Positions 1 through 12,483 of a stretch of DNA of 55,646 nt are shown piece by piece. Position 1 is the stretch's first letter, and every line of letters begins with the position of its first letter. The notes beneath the pieces were generated by a model that was not told where the DNA came from, did not search any database, and saw nothing but the letters and a program-made list of their open reading frames with translations. Source of the stretch: Patescibacteria group bacterium (lineage in GTDB: Bacteria; Patescibacteriota; Minisyncoccia; Minisyncoccales; Staskawiczbacteraceae); NCBI GenBank assembly GCA_038063015.1, contig JBBTVX010000002.1, forward strand, positions 1 to 55,646, in the 5' to 3' direction. The translations under genes and the position numbers were made by a program.

Positions 1-312
1 GAACAGCAAAACCAAATAAGGTTTCAATTAGCCGGGTCTCTTTTAGGAATTATTTCCCAAAGATTAATACCAAGAATTCGCGGAGGATTTATTCCGGTCT
101 GCGAAGTAATGATTTGCAATCAGGCAGTAGCCACTTTAATTAGAGAAAACAAAGTGCATGAAATCCCAGCGGTAATAGAAACCTCGTCTAGAGAGGGAAT
201 GATTTCTTTAAATAGGTCTTTGGTTGATTTAATAAGAAATAAAGAGATTTCTTTAAATGACGCTGTAAATTCTTCTTTTAATCCTTCAGAGTTAAAAAGC
301 TTATTAAGATGA
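1..312 (+). CDS. pilT: Type IV pilus retraction ATPase PilT/PilU, C-terminal part (truncated by window start)
   Basis: Frame is open from base 1: ...QIRFQLAGSLLGIISQRLIPR...EVMICNQAVATLIRENKVHEI...GMISLN, which matches the PilT C-terminus (AIRNLIRE-like motif). Lies directly upstream of pilC. Confidence 0.9.
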   Translation, partial: EQQNQIRFQLAGSLLGIISQRLIPRIRGGFIPVCEVMICNQAVATLIRENKVHEIPAVIETSSREGMISLNRSLVDLIRNKEISLNDAVNSSFNPSELKSLLR

Positions 313-1511
313 AGTATAATTATCAAGCCAGAACCAAAGAGGGGAAGATTGAAACAGGAACCGTTGAAGCTTCTTCAAGAGATGCCGCCGGCGCCCTTTT
401 GCAAAAATACAATATTTATGTCACTTTTCTAAAGGAAATAAAGTCGCCGTTTTCAATTAAAATAAAACTTTTTGAGAAAGCGTCAAAAAAGGATTTAGCT
501 ATATTCTCAAGACAGATGGCAGTAATGCTTGATTCAAGAGTTCCAGTAGTGCAGAGTTTAACCTCTTTGGCTGTTCAAATTCGCAAAGAATCCTTTAGAG
601 AAAAAATACTAAAAATTTCTCAGATGGTGGAAGAAGGAAGTCCCTTGTCTGAAGCTTTTGGCGTTTATTCTGATACTTTTAGTATTTTTTATGTTAATTT
701 AGTAAAATCTGGCGAGGCCTCTGGGAAAATTTCTGAAGCCCTTTATTATTTGTCAGACCATTTAGAAAGAGAGTCCGATATAGAATCTCAGTTAAAAGGC
801 GCGATGATTTATCCGATTTTCGTTTTATGCGTTCTTTTCGTGGTATTTTTAATAATAATGCTCGGCGTTATGCCAAAACTTGTTGAGCTTTTGAAAGACA
901 CCACATCAAAACCGCCCTTTTTTACCACGCTGATGATTAATTTTTATGATTTTGCAATGGGTTATGGCTGGATTATATTAGTCGCCTTTTTTCTATTAAT
1001 CGGATTTTTAGTTTATTATTTTAGAACCAAAGAAGGCAAAAAAAAGTTTGACAAAATATCTTTAAAAATACCCTTTTTTGGATCTATACTTCAAAAGGTT
1101 TTTCTTGTCCGCTTTTCTGAAAGCGTTTCTACGCTTGTTTCAGCCGGCCTTTCAATTAATAAGGCATTGCAAATTACAAGAGACACAGTGACCAATCATG
1201 TTTATAAGAATATTATTATTGAAGTGGAAAAAAATGTTTCCGAAGGAGAAAAAATTAGTTCTGTTTTGATAAAATACCCGGAACATGTGCCGATATTTGT
1301 TGTGCAAATGATTAAAGTCGGGGAGGAAACCGGCAAGTTAGGCAAAACCCTAATGGAGATAGTGAATTTTTACCAAAAAGAGGTAAAAATGGCGGTAGAA
1401 ACTTTTGCGACTCTTTTAGAGCCGATTTTAATAGTATTTTTAGGAATTACGGTGGCATTATTAGCAGTTTCTGTTTTGTCCCCGCTTTACGGGGCATTAG
1501 GAACTATTTAA
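309..1511 (+). CDS. pilC: Type IV pilus/T2SS inner-membrane platform protein PilC/GspF
   Basis: 400 aa with two T2SSF-type repeats (FSRQMAVML..GEASG; RFSESVSTLV..GEETG, LLEP) and TM segments. Confidence 0.95.
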   Translation: MKYNYQARTKEGKIETGTVEASSRDAAGALLQKYNIYVTFLKEIKSPFSIKIKLFEKASKKDLAIFSRQMAVMLDSRVPVVQSLTSLAVQIRKESFREKILKISQMVEEGSPLSEAFGVYSDTFSIFYVNLVKSGEASGKISEALYYLSDHLERESDIESQLKGAMIYPIFVLCVLFVVFLIIMLGVMPKLVELLKDTTSKPPFFTTLMINFYDFAMGYGWIILVAFFLLIGFLVYYFRTKEGKKKFDKISLKIPFFGSILQKVFLVRFSESVSTLVSAGLSINKALQITRDTVTNHVYKNIIIEVEKNVSEGEKISSVLIKYPEHVPIFVVQMIKVGEETGKLGKTLMEIVNFYQKEVKMAVETFATLLEPILIVFLGITVALLAVSVLSPLYGALGTI

Positions 1512-1514
1512 TTT

Positions 1515-1970
1515 ATGGAAAAAATAAAAGGTTTTACATTAATAGAAATGCTGGTAGCAATAGCTATTATTGTTATATTGGCCTCTGTCGCCTTGTATAG
1601 CGTTACAAAATACATAGACAAGGGGAGAGACGCAACCATAAAAGGGAGATTAGTTACTTTGGTTACAGCTGGAGAATTATGGTATGATAGAAACAATAGT
1701 AGTTATGCTAGTTTTTGCGACCCCAATCTTTCTATCGCTGTTAAAATTGTCTGGGATGAAATACCATCGGCAACCGCTGACAAACATTGCAATATAAAAA
1801 TTACTAACAATGTTGGCGTTGCCTGGGCCGCCTGCGCAAGATTTTTTGTATATCCAGACAAGGCCTTTTGCGTTGACAATAAGGGAAATCAAAAAGAGAT
1901 AAATAATTCCGATTGCACGGTTGCCACCACTAATTGTTGTTTTGCCGGCGTTGCCAATTGCATTCCTTAA
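1515..1970 (+). CDS. Type IV pilin (prepilin N-methylation motif)
   Basis: KGFTLIEMLVAIAII class III signal peptide; Cys-rich C-terminus with FCVD. Confidence 0.9.
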   Translation: MEKIKGFTLIEMLVAIAIIVILASVALYSVTKYIDKGRDATIKGRLVTLVTAGELWYDRNNSSYASFCDPNLSIAVKIVWDEIPSATADKHCNIKITNNVGVAWAACARFFVYPDKAFCVDNKGNQKEINNSDCTVATTNCCFAGVANCIP

Positions 1971-2005
1971 TTTTTAATAATTTTGAGTTATTCACACCCC
2001 TATTA

Positions 2006-2034
2006 TTGTTTGTATTTTTGGAATAAGGTAAAAT
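2006..2034 (+). promoter_or_regulatory. Putative sigma70 promoter of the first major pilin, preceded by a DnaA-box-like TTATTCACA (1988-1996)
   Basis: TTGTTT-17 nt-TAAAAT; the same module recurs at 2615-2643. Confidence 0.55.
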
Positions 2035-2103
2035 AAATAAAAGAAGCCATAATATCAAAGGTCGAGAAATATTCTGAATATTAAATGTTAGAAAAAAATA
2101 AAA

Positions 2104-2517
2104 ATGAAAAAACAAAAAGGTTTTACATTAATTGAGTTATTAGTTGTTATTGCCATTATCGGCATTTTGGCCGCTGTTTTAATGGTGAACTTGTCTAGCA
2201 CAAGAAATAAAGCCAAAGACGCGGCGATAAAATTAGAAATGGGTCAAATCAGAACAGCTATGGAAGCTTTTGCCGGTGGTAATACTTATCAGGGAGGTCT
2301 GGCTAGTGCAGATGTTGTTAATCTAAAGGCCGCTATTGTAGTTAATGGTGGCGGAACGCTTGTGGAATCTGAGCCAACCACTGCTACTCCATCCCCTAAT
2401 GCGTGGTGCGTGCAATACGCCCTAAACCCTACTGGCGGTTCATGGTGCGTGGATTCCACCGGTTATGCCGGAACAACTGCAAATTGTGATACAGCAAATA
2501 GAAATTGTGCCCCGTAA
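2104..2517 (+). CDS. Type IV pilin, probable major pilin
   Basis: KGFTLIELLVVIAIIGILAA; C-terminal WCVDSTG; has its own promoter and terminator. Confidence 0.92.
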   Translation: MKKQKGFTLIELLVVIAIIGILAAVLMVNLSSTRNKAKDAAIKLEMGQIRTAMEAFAGGNTYQGGLASADVVNLKAAIVVNGGGTLVESEPTTATPSPNAWCVQYALNPTGGSWCVDSTGYAGTTANCDTANRNCAP

Positions 2518-2543
2518 AGACAAAGATAAAACAATTATGTTTT

Positions 2544-2573
2544 ATTGGCCCCAATTCGGGGTCAATTTTTTTT
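2544..2573 (+). terminator. Rho-independent terminator after pilin
   Basis: ATTGGCCCC-AATTC-GGGGTCAAT hairpin followed by a T-run. Confidence 0.7.
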
Positions 2574-2614
2574 ATGTTTTTCTTTTTAAATTAAAAGATA
2601 TCCACATCCTTCTA

Positions 2615-2643
2615 TTGCTTGTATTTTTGCGATAAAGTAAAAT
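2615..2643 (+). promoter_or_regulatory. Putative sigma70 promoter of the second major pilin, preceded by a DnaA-box-like ATATCCACA (2598-2606)
   Basis: TTGCTT-17 nt-TAAAAT; paralogous to 2006-2034. Confidence 0.55.
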
Positions 2644-2713
2644 AGAGAAAAAGACATATAAAAATGTTAAATATTAAAAGTCGAAGAATATTCTAAAATA
2701 TTATAAATAAACA

Positions 2714-3142
2714 ATGAACAAAAATAAGTTTCAAAAAGGTTTTACCTTAATTGAGTTATTAGTTGTTATTGCCATTATCGGCATTTTGGCGTCTATGTTA
2801 ATGGTGAACTTGTCCAGCACAAGGGACAAAGCCAAGGATTCATCAATAAAATTAGAGATGGGTCAAATCAGAACAGCGATGGAGAGCGCGGCTGACAGCG
2901 GTTCTTATGATGGTTTACTTGACGCCACAAGCGGCGAGATTTTTGATTTAAGAGCGGCAATAGAAACGAATGGAGCTACGCTTATACTTGATGGAGCAAA
3001 TGATATCCCCGCAGGTTTTTGTATAGCATATGCTCTGAATACCAGCGGTAGTAATTGGTGTGTGGATTCTACTGGTTATGCTGGACCAATTGCAACTTGC
3101 GATGCTGTTGATGGTCATTTTGATTGCGATGCCACAGATTAA
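2714..3142 (+). CDS. Type IV pilin, paralog of 2104-2517
   Basis: KGFTLIELLVVIAIIGILAS; near-identical 5' ~150 nt to the upstream pilin; WCVDSTG. Confidence 0.92.
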   Translation: MNKNKFQKGFTLIELLVVIAIIGILASMLMVNLSSTRDKAKDSSIKLEMGQIRTAMESAADSGSYDGLLDATSGEIFDLRAAIETNGATLILDGANDIPAGFCIAYALNTSGSNWCVDSTGYAGPIATCDAVDGHFDCDATD

Positions 3143-3163
3143 TGATTATTTAGTAAGATTTTT

Positions 3164-3197
3164 AAATAGTCCCGCCATGGCGGGACTATTTTTTTTT
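3164..3197 (+). terminator. Rho-independent terminator
   Basis: Palindrome AAATAGTCCCGCCATGGCGGGACTATTT followed by a T-run. Confidence 0.8.
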
Positions 3198-3220
3198 ATA
3201 AAAAATGGTAAAATTAAATA

Positions 3221-4036
3221 ATGATTTATTATTTTATTTTTATTTTTTTACTCGGACTTTGTATCGGCAGTTTTTTAAATTGCGTTGTTTATAGAATGGA
3301 ATTGCAGGAAGATATGCCCAAGAGCAGTTCCCGCAGAAAAACTGTAAGTTTTATGCGGGGTAAATCTTTTTGCCCTCATTGCAAGCACGACTTGGGCTGG
3401 CAGGATTTAATTCCTGTTTTTAGTTTTTTATTTTTAAAAGGAAAGTGCAGATACTGCAAGAAAAACATATCTATTCAATATCCGTTGGTTGAGTTGTTGA
3501 CGGGCTTGCTTTTTTTGCTAATTTTTTTCGCCATAGGCGGACCAATTTCGGGCTGGAATTTTTTAATCTATTTTTTATTTTTATTGATTATTTTCTCTTT
3601 TTTAATTATTATTTTTATTTATGACCTTAAACATTATATTATTCCGGACAAAGTTTTATTTCCGGCCATTGGGATTGTTTTTTTAGAGCAGTTAATTTTT
3701 AATTTTAGATTTTTGAATTTTAACCCTTTATGGGCCGGGTTTGGGGCTTGCGCTTTTTTCTTATTTATCTTTCTTATTTCTGGCGGCCGCTGGATGGGAT
3801 TCGGAGATGTAAAATTAGCGTTTTTTATGGGTTTGTTTTTAAGTTATCCCAATATTTTAGCCGCCCTATTTTTAGCTTTCTTTTTAGGTGCTATAATAGG
3901 GGTGGGATTGATTGTTTTTGGAAGCAAGAATTTAAAGAGCGAAATACCATTTGGCCCATTTTTGATTATAGGAACATTTATCGCTCTTTTTTATGGGCAG
4001 GAAATAATACAATGGTATATGCATCTAATAATTTAA
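3221..4036 (+). CDS. pilD: Prepilin peptidase PilD (A24 family)
   Basis: GSFLNCVVYR, SFCPHC...GKCRYC zinc site, YDLKHYIIP and GFGDVKL catalytic aspartates, IPFGPF. Confidence 0.95.
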   Translation: MIYYFIFIFLLGLCIGSFLNCVVYRMELQEDMPKSSSRRKTVSFMRGKSFCPHCKHDLGWQDLIPVFSFLFLKGKCRYCKKNISIQYPLVELLTGLLFLLIFFAIGGPISGWNFLIYFLFLLIIFSFLIIIFIYDLKHYIIPDKVLFPAIGIVFLEQLIFNFRFLNFNPLWAGFGACAFFLFIFLISGGRWMGFGDVKLAFFMGLFLSYPNILAALFLAFFLGAIIGVGLIVFGSKNLKSEIPFGPFLIIGTFIALFYGQEIIQWYMHLII

Positions 4037-4650
4037 AACGCACATCTTCATCAAGAGGCATCACTCTAATTGAAATTTTAGTAGTTGTTTTTATTATCGC
4101 TCTTTTTTCAAGTATTTTGGTGACTGATTTTCCAAAAATAAAACGCCAGTTCGCGCTGACCAGAGCTGTTTATAAAATGAGCCAAGATTTAAGAAGAACT
4201 CAGGATATGGGATTTTCAGGACAGCAGATAGAAGGGTTAGACGTAAAAGGATATGGAGTTTATATAAATCTTGATGATGCCAATTTGCGCAACAAAAAAT
4301 ATATAATATATGCCGATAGGGGCAATACTCCTGACCAAAAATATAGCGAGGAGTCCTTTGTGGATTGCAGGCAACAAACGAATCCTCAAGCAGATTGCGT
4401 TATAGAAGAAATAGATTTAAGTCAAACCGAACCAGAAGTGATTATAAATACAATTGAGAATACTGCAGACGGCCGATGGGTAGATATTAATTTTGCGCCT
4501 CCAAACCCCGCCACAACGATAACAGAGTTAGCCGAGGATTCATCGGGGACAAAGTTTAATCGGGCGATGATTATTTTTGCCATAGAATCCGAGCCATTAA
4601 AAGAAAGAATGGTTTCAGTAAATACTTCGGGTTTAATAGAAATAAAATAA
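4012..4650 (+). CDS. Minor pilin (FimT/GspH-like)
   Basis: RGITLIEILVVVFII. The start is probably ATG 4012 rather than 3730, which overlaps pilD. Confidence 0.8.
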   Translation: MVYASNNLKRTSSSRGITLIEILVVVFIIALFSSILVTDFPKIKRQFALTRAVYKMSQDLRRTQDMGFSGQQIEGLDVKGYGVYINLDDANLRNKKYIIYADRGNTPDQKYSEESFVDCRQQTNPQADCVIEEIDLSQTEPEVIINTIENTADGRWVDINFAPPNPATTITELAEDSSGTKFNRAMIIFAIESEPLKERMVSVNTSGLIEIK

Positions 4651-5213
4651 TGCTACATAATATAAAAAATAAAGGGTTTACATTAATTGAACTGATAATC
4701 GCTATTCTTATTTTAGCCGTTGCTACTATCGGCGTTTATAATTCTTTTTCAACAGTTGTTATTTTTACTGATGGCGTTTCTTCGCGCCTTACAGCGGCCT
4801 ATCTTGCTCAAGAAGGTATAGAAATAGTAAGAAATATGAGAGATAATAATTGGTTGGACGTTTATCAAGGTTGGAAAAAAGGACTTTCAGATACAAACAC
4901 AGATTGTTCAAATGGATGCGAGGCGGATTATAGAACCGGCACATTAATCGACGCAAGGGGCGGATTGACAAGTTTTGGCAGTAGCGGAAATTATTTAAAT
5001 ATAAACAACAATAAAGGTTTTTATAGTTACGACGAAGTGGGTGATTTCACAAAAACAAAATTTAAAAGAAAAATTACAATTACGCCAGACCCCGATTCTC
5101 TTAGGCCGGTTTTAAAAGTTTCTGTTTTGGTGACTTGGAAAGAAAAAGAAGAATATGGTTGCGATTATGGTTATTGCATTGAGGCAGAGGAGTATTTATA
5201 TAATTGGTATTAA
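4650..5213 (+). CDS. Minor pilin (PilV-like)
   Basis: KGFTLIELIIAI...AAYLAQEGIEIVRN. Confidence 0.85.
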   Translation: MLHNIKNKGFTLIELIIAILILAVATIGVYNSFSTVVIFTDGVSSRLTAAYLAQEGIEIVRNMRDNNWLDVYQGWKKGLSDTNTDCSNGCEADYRTGTLIDARGGLTSFGSSGNYLNINNNKGFYSYDEVGDFTKTKFKRKITITPDPDSLRPVLKVSVLVTWKEKEEYGCDYGYCIEAEEYLYNWY

Positions 5214-5228
5214 ATTATTAAATTATTT

Positions 5229-5856
5229 ATGAAGAATGCCTCTAAAGGGTTTACACTGATAGAATTAATTGTGGTTACAGCCGTATTTTTGTTTGTTGTG
5301 GGCGCCGCGGTTGGTATCTTTATTTCTATTGTGCAACACCAAAGAATAATTTTAGTTAAACAAGAGCTTTCAAACCAAGTGAGTTATGCTTTAGAGCATA
5401 TGTCAAAAGCTTTAAGGATGGCGGGAAAAGATACGGATGGCAGGTGCCTGGGAACAGAGTTTGCGAGATATAATTATTTGCTAACTATCAAAGATATTTC
5501 TAACGGCGTTTATACGGGTATAAAATTTATAAACCAATCGGATATAAACGAAACTACCGGACAGCCGGTTTGTCAGGAATTTTATTTAGACGACGATTAC
5601 CCGGAAAACCCGGTTTTAAAAGAAAAAAAAGACGGAATTCCTTCAGCCGGAATCGCTCTTATTTCTGATAAATTTATGATAAATTCTATTAGATTTGGCA
5701 TAAATGGCGAGGATGGTTTATTGGGTGGGCTTGAAGGCGCGGACGGGGATAATTATATTCAGCCGAGAGTAACTATTTATTTAGATGTTCAAGTTAAAGG
5801 AGACGACAAGCAGCCAGCAGAAAAAATTCAAACAACTATTTCACAAAGAGACCTAA

Positions 5857-5867
<11 letters not shown>
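5229..5867 (+). CDS. Minor pilin (PilW-like)
   Basis: KGFTLIELIVVTAVF...ALEHMSKALR...QTTIS. Confidence 0.85.
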
Positions 5868-8416
<2,549 letters not shown>

Positions 8417-8418
8417 AA

Positions 8419-9507
8419 ATGACATTTTTTTCTCATTTTAAAAAATTAGATTGGTGGTTGATAATTTCAGCGGTTTTAATTGCCGGTTTTGGGTTGGCAT
8501 CAATCTATAGCTCTTCTTTGCCCAAAGATGATTTTTTAAATTTTGAAAAACAAGTTGTTTTTTTTGTAGTTGGCTTCGCCTTGATGCTTTTTATTAGTTT
8601 TTTTGACTATAGGGTTTTACGAAATAATTCTTACTTAATTTTAGCGCTCTATTTTGTATGCCTCCTTTTATTGTTGGGCTTGTTCTTTTTTGCTCCAGAA
8701 ATAAGGGGAACTAAGGGGTGGTATAAAATAGGTCTTTTTTCTTTTGACCCGATTGAGCCGACCAAATTGGTTTTAATAATTTTATTAGCCAAATATTTTT
8801 CAATGAGGCATGTTGAAATGTATAAGTTCAGGCACATTATTTTTTCCGGTGTTTATGTTTTCTTGCCCAGTTTTTTGATTTTTTTAAAGCCGGATTTGGG
8901 CGGAACTATGATATTGCTCGCAATGTGGCTCGGCGTCTTGCTTATCTCTGGAATTAAAATTAAACACTTTTTAATTTTATCTTTATGTTTTTTAATAGTA
9001 GTCGGTTTCGCTTGGAATTTTCTATTAAAAGATTATCAAAAAGACCGGGTTTTATCTTTTGTATTTCTTTATGATCCCCTGGGGGGATCTTGGAGTCAGA
9101 CACAATCTAAAATCGCCATAGGGTCTGGAATGTTCTTGGGTCAAGGAGTTGGCAAAGGGTCCCAAGTGCAATATGGATTTCTGCCGGAGCCGCACACCGA
9201 CTTTGTTTTTTCTGTTATAGCGGAGGAGTGGGGTTTTTTGGGGATATCTGTCCTTTTTTTACTGTATATAAATTTAATTTGGCGGATACTAAAAATTGCA
9301 ATAGATTCTCAAACTAATTTTCCCCGGCTTTTTGCTTCTGGCTTTGCTATTGTTTTGATAGCCCAGTTTGTTATTAATATAGGAATGAATCTTTCAATGC
9401 TCCCGGTTGTTGGCATTTATCTTCCCTTGGTGAGCTACGGGGGCTCGGGATTAATTGGCACATTTGTTGGCCTTGGCATACTGCAATCAATAAAAGCGAA
9501 AGGATAA
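8419..9507 (+). CDS. rodA: SEDS family peptidoglycan polymerase RodA/FtsW
   Basis: KPDLG, QSKIAIGSG, LPEPHTDFVFSVIAEEWG, SYGGS. Confidence 0.9.
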   Translation: MTFFSHFKKLDWWLIISAVLIAGFGLASIYSSSLPKDDFLNFEKQVVFFVVGFALMLFISFFDYRVLRNNSYLILALYFVCLLLLLGLFFFAPEIRGTKGWYKIGLFSFDPIEPTKLVLIILLAKYFSMRHVEMYKFRHIIFSGVYVFLPSFLIFLKPDLGGTMILLAMWLGVLLISGIKIKHFLILSLCFLIVVGFAWNFLLKDYQKDRVLSFVFLYDPLGGSWSQTQSKIAIGSGMFLGQGVGKGSQVQYGFLPEPHTDFVFSVIAEEWGFLGISVLFLLYINLIWRILKIAIDSQTNFPRLFASGFAIVLIAQFVINIGMNLSMLPVVGIYLPLVSYGGSGLIGTFVGLGILQSIKAKG

Positions 9508-9585
9508 TCCTTAAAAGATTGCGCAAGCTCGGCGTTGCATTTTTGTTTAAAAAATAGTAGAATAAAATAATTAACCAACAAAACT

Positions 9586-9849
9586 ATGGCAGTAATAAAA
9601 AAGAAAATATGGCAGGAGTATTTTGAGCTTGTGTCTTCCGGAAAAAAGAAGTTTGAATTAAGGCTTGCGGATTTTGATATTGCGGAAGGAGATATGCTTT
9701 TGTTGGAAGAGTGGGATTCTAAAACAAAGGAATATACCGGCAGAACCATTGAGAAAAAAGTCAGCTTCCTCTTAAAATTCAAACTTGATGACTTCGGCCA
9801 GGAGCAGGAAATCAAAGAAAAAGGATTTTTAGTTATTCAATTAAATTAA
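9586..9849 (+). CDS. ASCH/PUA-like domain protein (DUF3850-like)
   Basis: KIWQEYFELVSSGKKKFELR...GDMLLLEEW...YTGR. Confidence 0.8.
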   Translation: MAVIKKKIWQEYFELVSSGKKKFELRLADFDIAEGDMLLLEEWDSKTKEYTGRTIEKKVSFLLKFKLDDFGQEQEIKEKGFLVIQLN

Positions 9850-9851
9850 AC

Positions 9852-12017
9852 ATGGAAAAAGAGCCATCTGAAAAAAAGGACGAGGAAATGACTTTGCCAA
9901 TCCAGGAAGAAATGGTAGCGAACGAGAAAGAAAGCGAGGTCAACTTCACGCCCGAACAATTGACAGAGATTGAAAATAAAAGACAAATTTTGTCATCGCT
10001 TGCATATTTTATTGGCAAGGATTTTAACATACCTGTCGAGTTAAACCAACCAGGCGCAGGATGGCACTGGGATTTTAAGGAAAACAAAATAAGAGTAGAT
10101 CCTAAGGATTTATTGGAAAAACCAATGGATTATTTGCGTTTTGTGATATCTCATGAGGCGGGGCACAGAAGAATTTCAAGGGCGGATTTTATTCCTCAAG
10201 AAGAATGGGCGCAGCCCGGTTTTTCTTTTATGATGAATGTTGTTGAGGCTTCTCGAGACAATAATTTTGTGGCCGAAAGTTACCACAAATTTAAAGAGCA
10301 GATGGAGTTGGCTTACGAACAACAATTAGATTTTGAGGCCAAGACAGAGGATGCGGCGAGCAAGAAATTAGGGGAAATGCCGCGCTTTGTACAGGCCGGA
10401 TTTGAACTTATAAAACAATGGCACAAAGAATCGCAGGGCCAGCCATTTGATATTTCAACTGACTTGCCCGAAGATGTTAGAAATGTAGTTGAAAAAACGT
10501 TAAAATCTGCGCAGGATTCATGGTGGAGATATCCGTCCAGAGAAGAGGCAGATGACGCTAAAAAAGGCGAGAAGAATATAATTGCTTACGCAAAACTTTC
10601 TTACGAAATAAATAGAGATGAAATATGGCCTGAATTTAAAAAATTAGTTGATGAAGATATGAAAGACCAAGAAACGCAGGAATCTATGAAAGAAATGCAA
10701 AGGGAAAAACAAGCGGGCGGTCAAATTCCTCAGGATTTACAGGATAAACTTACCCCAGAAGAGCAGAAAGAATTAGATAAAGCGCTTAGCGATGCCATAA
10801 AAGAAGCGTTAAAAGAATCTGAAGAACAAGCCGAACAAGGACAGCCTCAACAAGACCAGGAGTCACAAGATTCAGAACAGCAAAAGCCGGGTCAAAAGCC
10901 AATTGACATTTCCAAATTGTCAGAGGGTCTTAAACAAAAAATTAGTGAATATGTTGATTCTTTGCCAGAAGAGGAGCGGGAGGATTTAGAGGAGAAAGCC
11001 AAAGCCGCGCTGAAAGAATTTGAAAAATCAGTAAATGAAGACTTGCAGGGTAAGTTATGCAAAAACCCAGAGGAAGAAACGGGCAAGTCAGAAGAACTAA
11101 CAGAATCAAAAACAGAAGCGTCTAAAGACGAAGAAAGCTGGAGTAAATCAGAAAAGGCCAGCAAGAGAGAGATAGAACAGCTCCGTAGAAAAATAGAATC
11201 AGTGTTTGAGGCTGGAGAGAAAAGCCCCTACCAAGAGGCATTAATTGAAACTTCTGAACTAATAGATGCTTTAACTGCGGACCTGCGAGATGTTTTTGCA
11301 AAAAGAAAAATTGAAAAATATGAGACTGGATATCGTTCAGGCCGACGCTGGAATATCCGCCAAAGAATTAGAGAAAAAGTCGCCGGAATACCTCTTTTTA
11401 AAACTGAGGCGAGAGAACAGAAAACAAGCGAAAGCGAAGAGATGGATTATGCCATTACTCTTTTGGTTGATTTGTCCGGCTCTATGGGGGATAACAATAA
11501 AATTCAGGAAACGTTTAGGTCAACAGTTGTTTTGGCTGAAACTTTAAATAATCTTGGAATTAATTTTGAGATTGTAGGTTTTCAGGATGTTTTGTTGGAA
11601 TTTAAATCGTTTCAAGAGCGTCTTGATGAGCCGATGCAAAATAAGTTGAACGGAATGATATTGGAAGTTTATGGATCAAACCCAGACGGCCATAACAATC
11701 CGAGAGATAACGATGATGGAGTTGCCTTGCTTGAAGCATCGAAGCTTTTGGCGGAGCAGACTGCAAAAAATAAATTTCTTGTAGTTCTTTCCGACGGCTT
11801 GCCCGAGACAAATTATAAGAGTTCTGCTCAGCTTAGCCGCGAGCTTAAGGAAGCAGTTACAGAGGTGACGGGGAACACAAATCAAAAGCTTATTGGCATA
11901 GGATTAATGTCAAATGCGGTAAAAAAATATTATGAGAATAATATTGCTGGCGTTTCAACTAAAGAGATGGCGGAAACTTTTGGCGGGCTTTTGAGAGAAA
12001 TCATTGAAAAATATTGA
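9852..12017 (+). CDS. VWA-domain protein with N-terminal HExxH (CobT-like partner of a MoxR-type ATPase)
   Basis: SHEAGH near the N-terminus, acidic/Gln-rich linker, C-terminal VWA MIDAS (LLVDLSGSM...VLSDG). Confidence 0.85.
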   Translation: MEKEPSEKKDEEMTLPIQEEMVANEKESEVNFTPEQLTEIENKRQILSSLAYFIGKDFNIPVELNQPGAGWHWDFKENKIRVDPKDLLEKPMDYLRFVISHEAGHRRISRADFIPQEEWAQPGFSFMMNVVEASRDNNFVAESYHKFKEQMELAYEQQLDFEAKTEDAASKKLGEMPRFVQAGFELIKQWHKESQGQPFDISTDLPEDVRNVVEKTLKSAQDSWWRYPSREEADDAKKGEKNIIAYAKLSYEINRDEIWPEFKKLVDEDMKDQETQESMKEMQREKQAGGQIPQDLQDKLTPEEQKELDKALSDAIKEALKESEEQAEQGQPQQDQESQDSEQQKPGQKPIDISKLSEGLKQKISEYVDSLPEEEREDLEEKAKAALKEFEKSVNEDLQGKLCKNPEEETGKSEELTESKTEASKDEESWSKSEKASKREIEQLRRKIESVFEAGEKSPYQEALIETSELIDALTADLRDVFAKRKIEKYETGYRSGRRWNIRQRIREKVAGIPLFKTEAREQKTSESEEMDYAITLLVDLSGSMGDNNKIQETFRSTVVLAETLNNLGINFEIVGFQDVLLEFKSFQERLDEPMQNKLNGMILEVYGSNPDGHNNPRDNDDGVALLEASKLLAEQTAKNKFLVVLSDGLPETNYKSSAQLSRELKEAVTEVTGNTNQKLIGIGLMSNAVKKYYENNIAGVSTKEMAETFGGLLREIIEKY

Positions 12018-12047
12018 GATTTAATTTAGAATAAATTAATTACTTCT

Positions 12048-12479
12048 ATGCAAACAGCAATTAAAGAGAGGACTGACAAATTAGCCAATCTATCTAACGT
12101 CTTTTTAAAGGTTGGACTTTTAGTTGCAGAGGGAAAAACAGATCCAAAAGTAAGGATTACTAAAGCTAAAAAAACCTTAGTGAATTCGGGCTATAAAGAG
12201 TGCACTGATTACATCCAAGTTATGGATGCATTATCGTCTGGCAAAGATAAAATTTTTTACATAGAAAAAAATAAAAAATTGGATGGGTTGGTTTTGGAAA
12301 TTATTGCCGAATTTGACGCCGGAATTGTCAGCTTGGCGGACAGAAAAAATAACACAGGATTGAAGACGGCAAATTGGGACCCATCTAAAACTTCTTTTGT
12401 TGTAATTATGACTCGAAAACAGATAGAGCAAAGCTACCCGCGTCTTTTTGAATACATAAATATTATTCAATCTCTATAA
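12048..12479 (+). CDS. Hypothetical protein in the VWA-AAA operon
   Basis: 143-aa ORF tightly packed between the VWA and AAA genes. Confidence 0.7.
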   Translation: MQTAIKERTDKLANLSNVFLKVGLLVAEGKTDPKVRITKAKKTLVNSGYKECTDYIQVMDALSSGKDKIFYIEKNKKLDGLVLEIIAEFDAGIVSLADRKNNTGLKTANWDPSKTSFVVIMTRKQIEQSYPRLFEYINIIQSL

Positions 12480-12483
12480 AATA

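Noticed and set aside
3730-4011. Long N-terminal extension of the minor pilin ORF
   Set aside because: Overlaps pilD in another frame; the prepilin cleavage motif lies just after ATG 4012.
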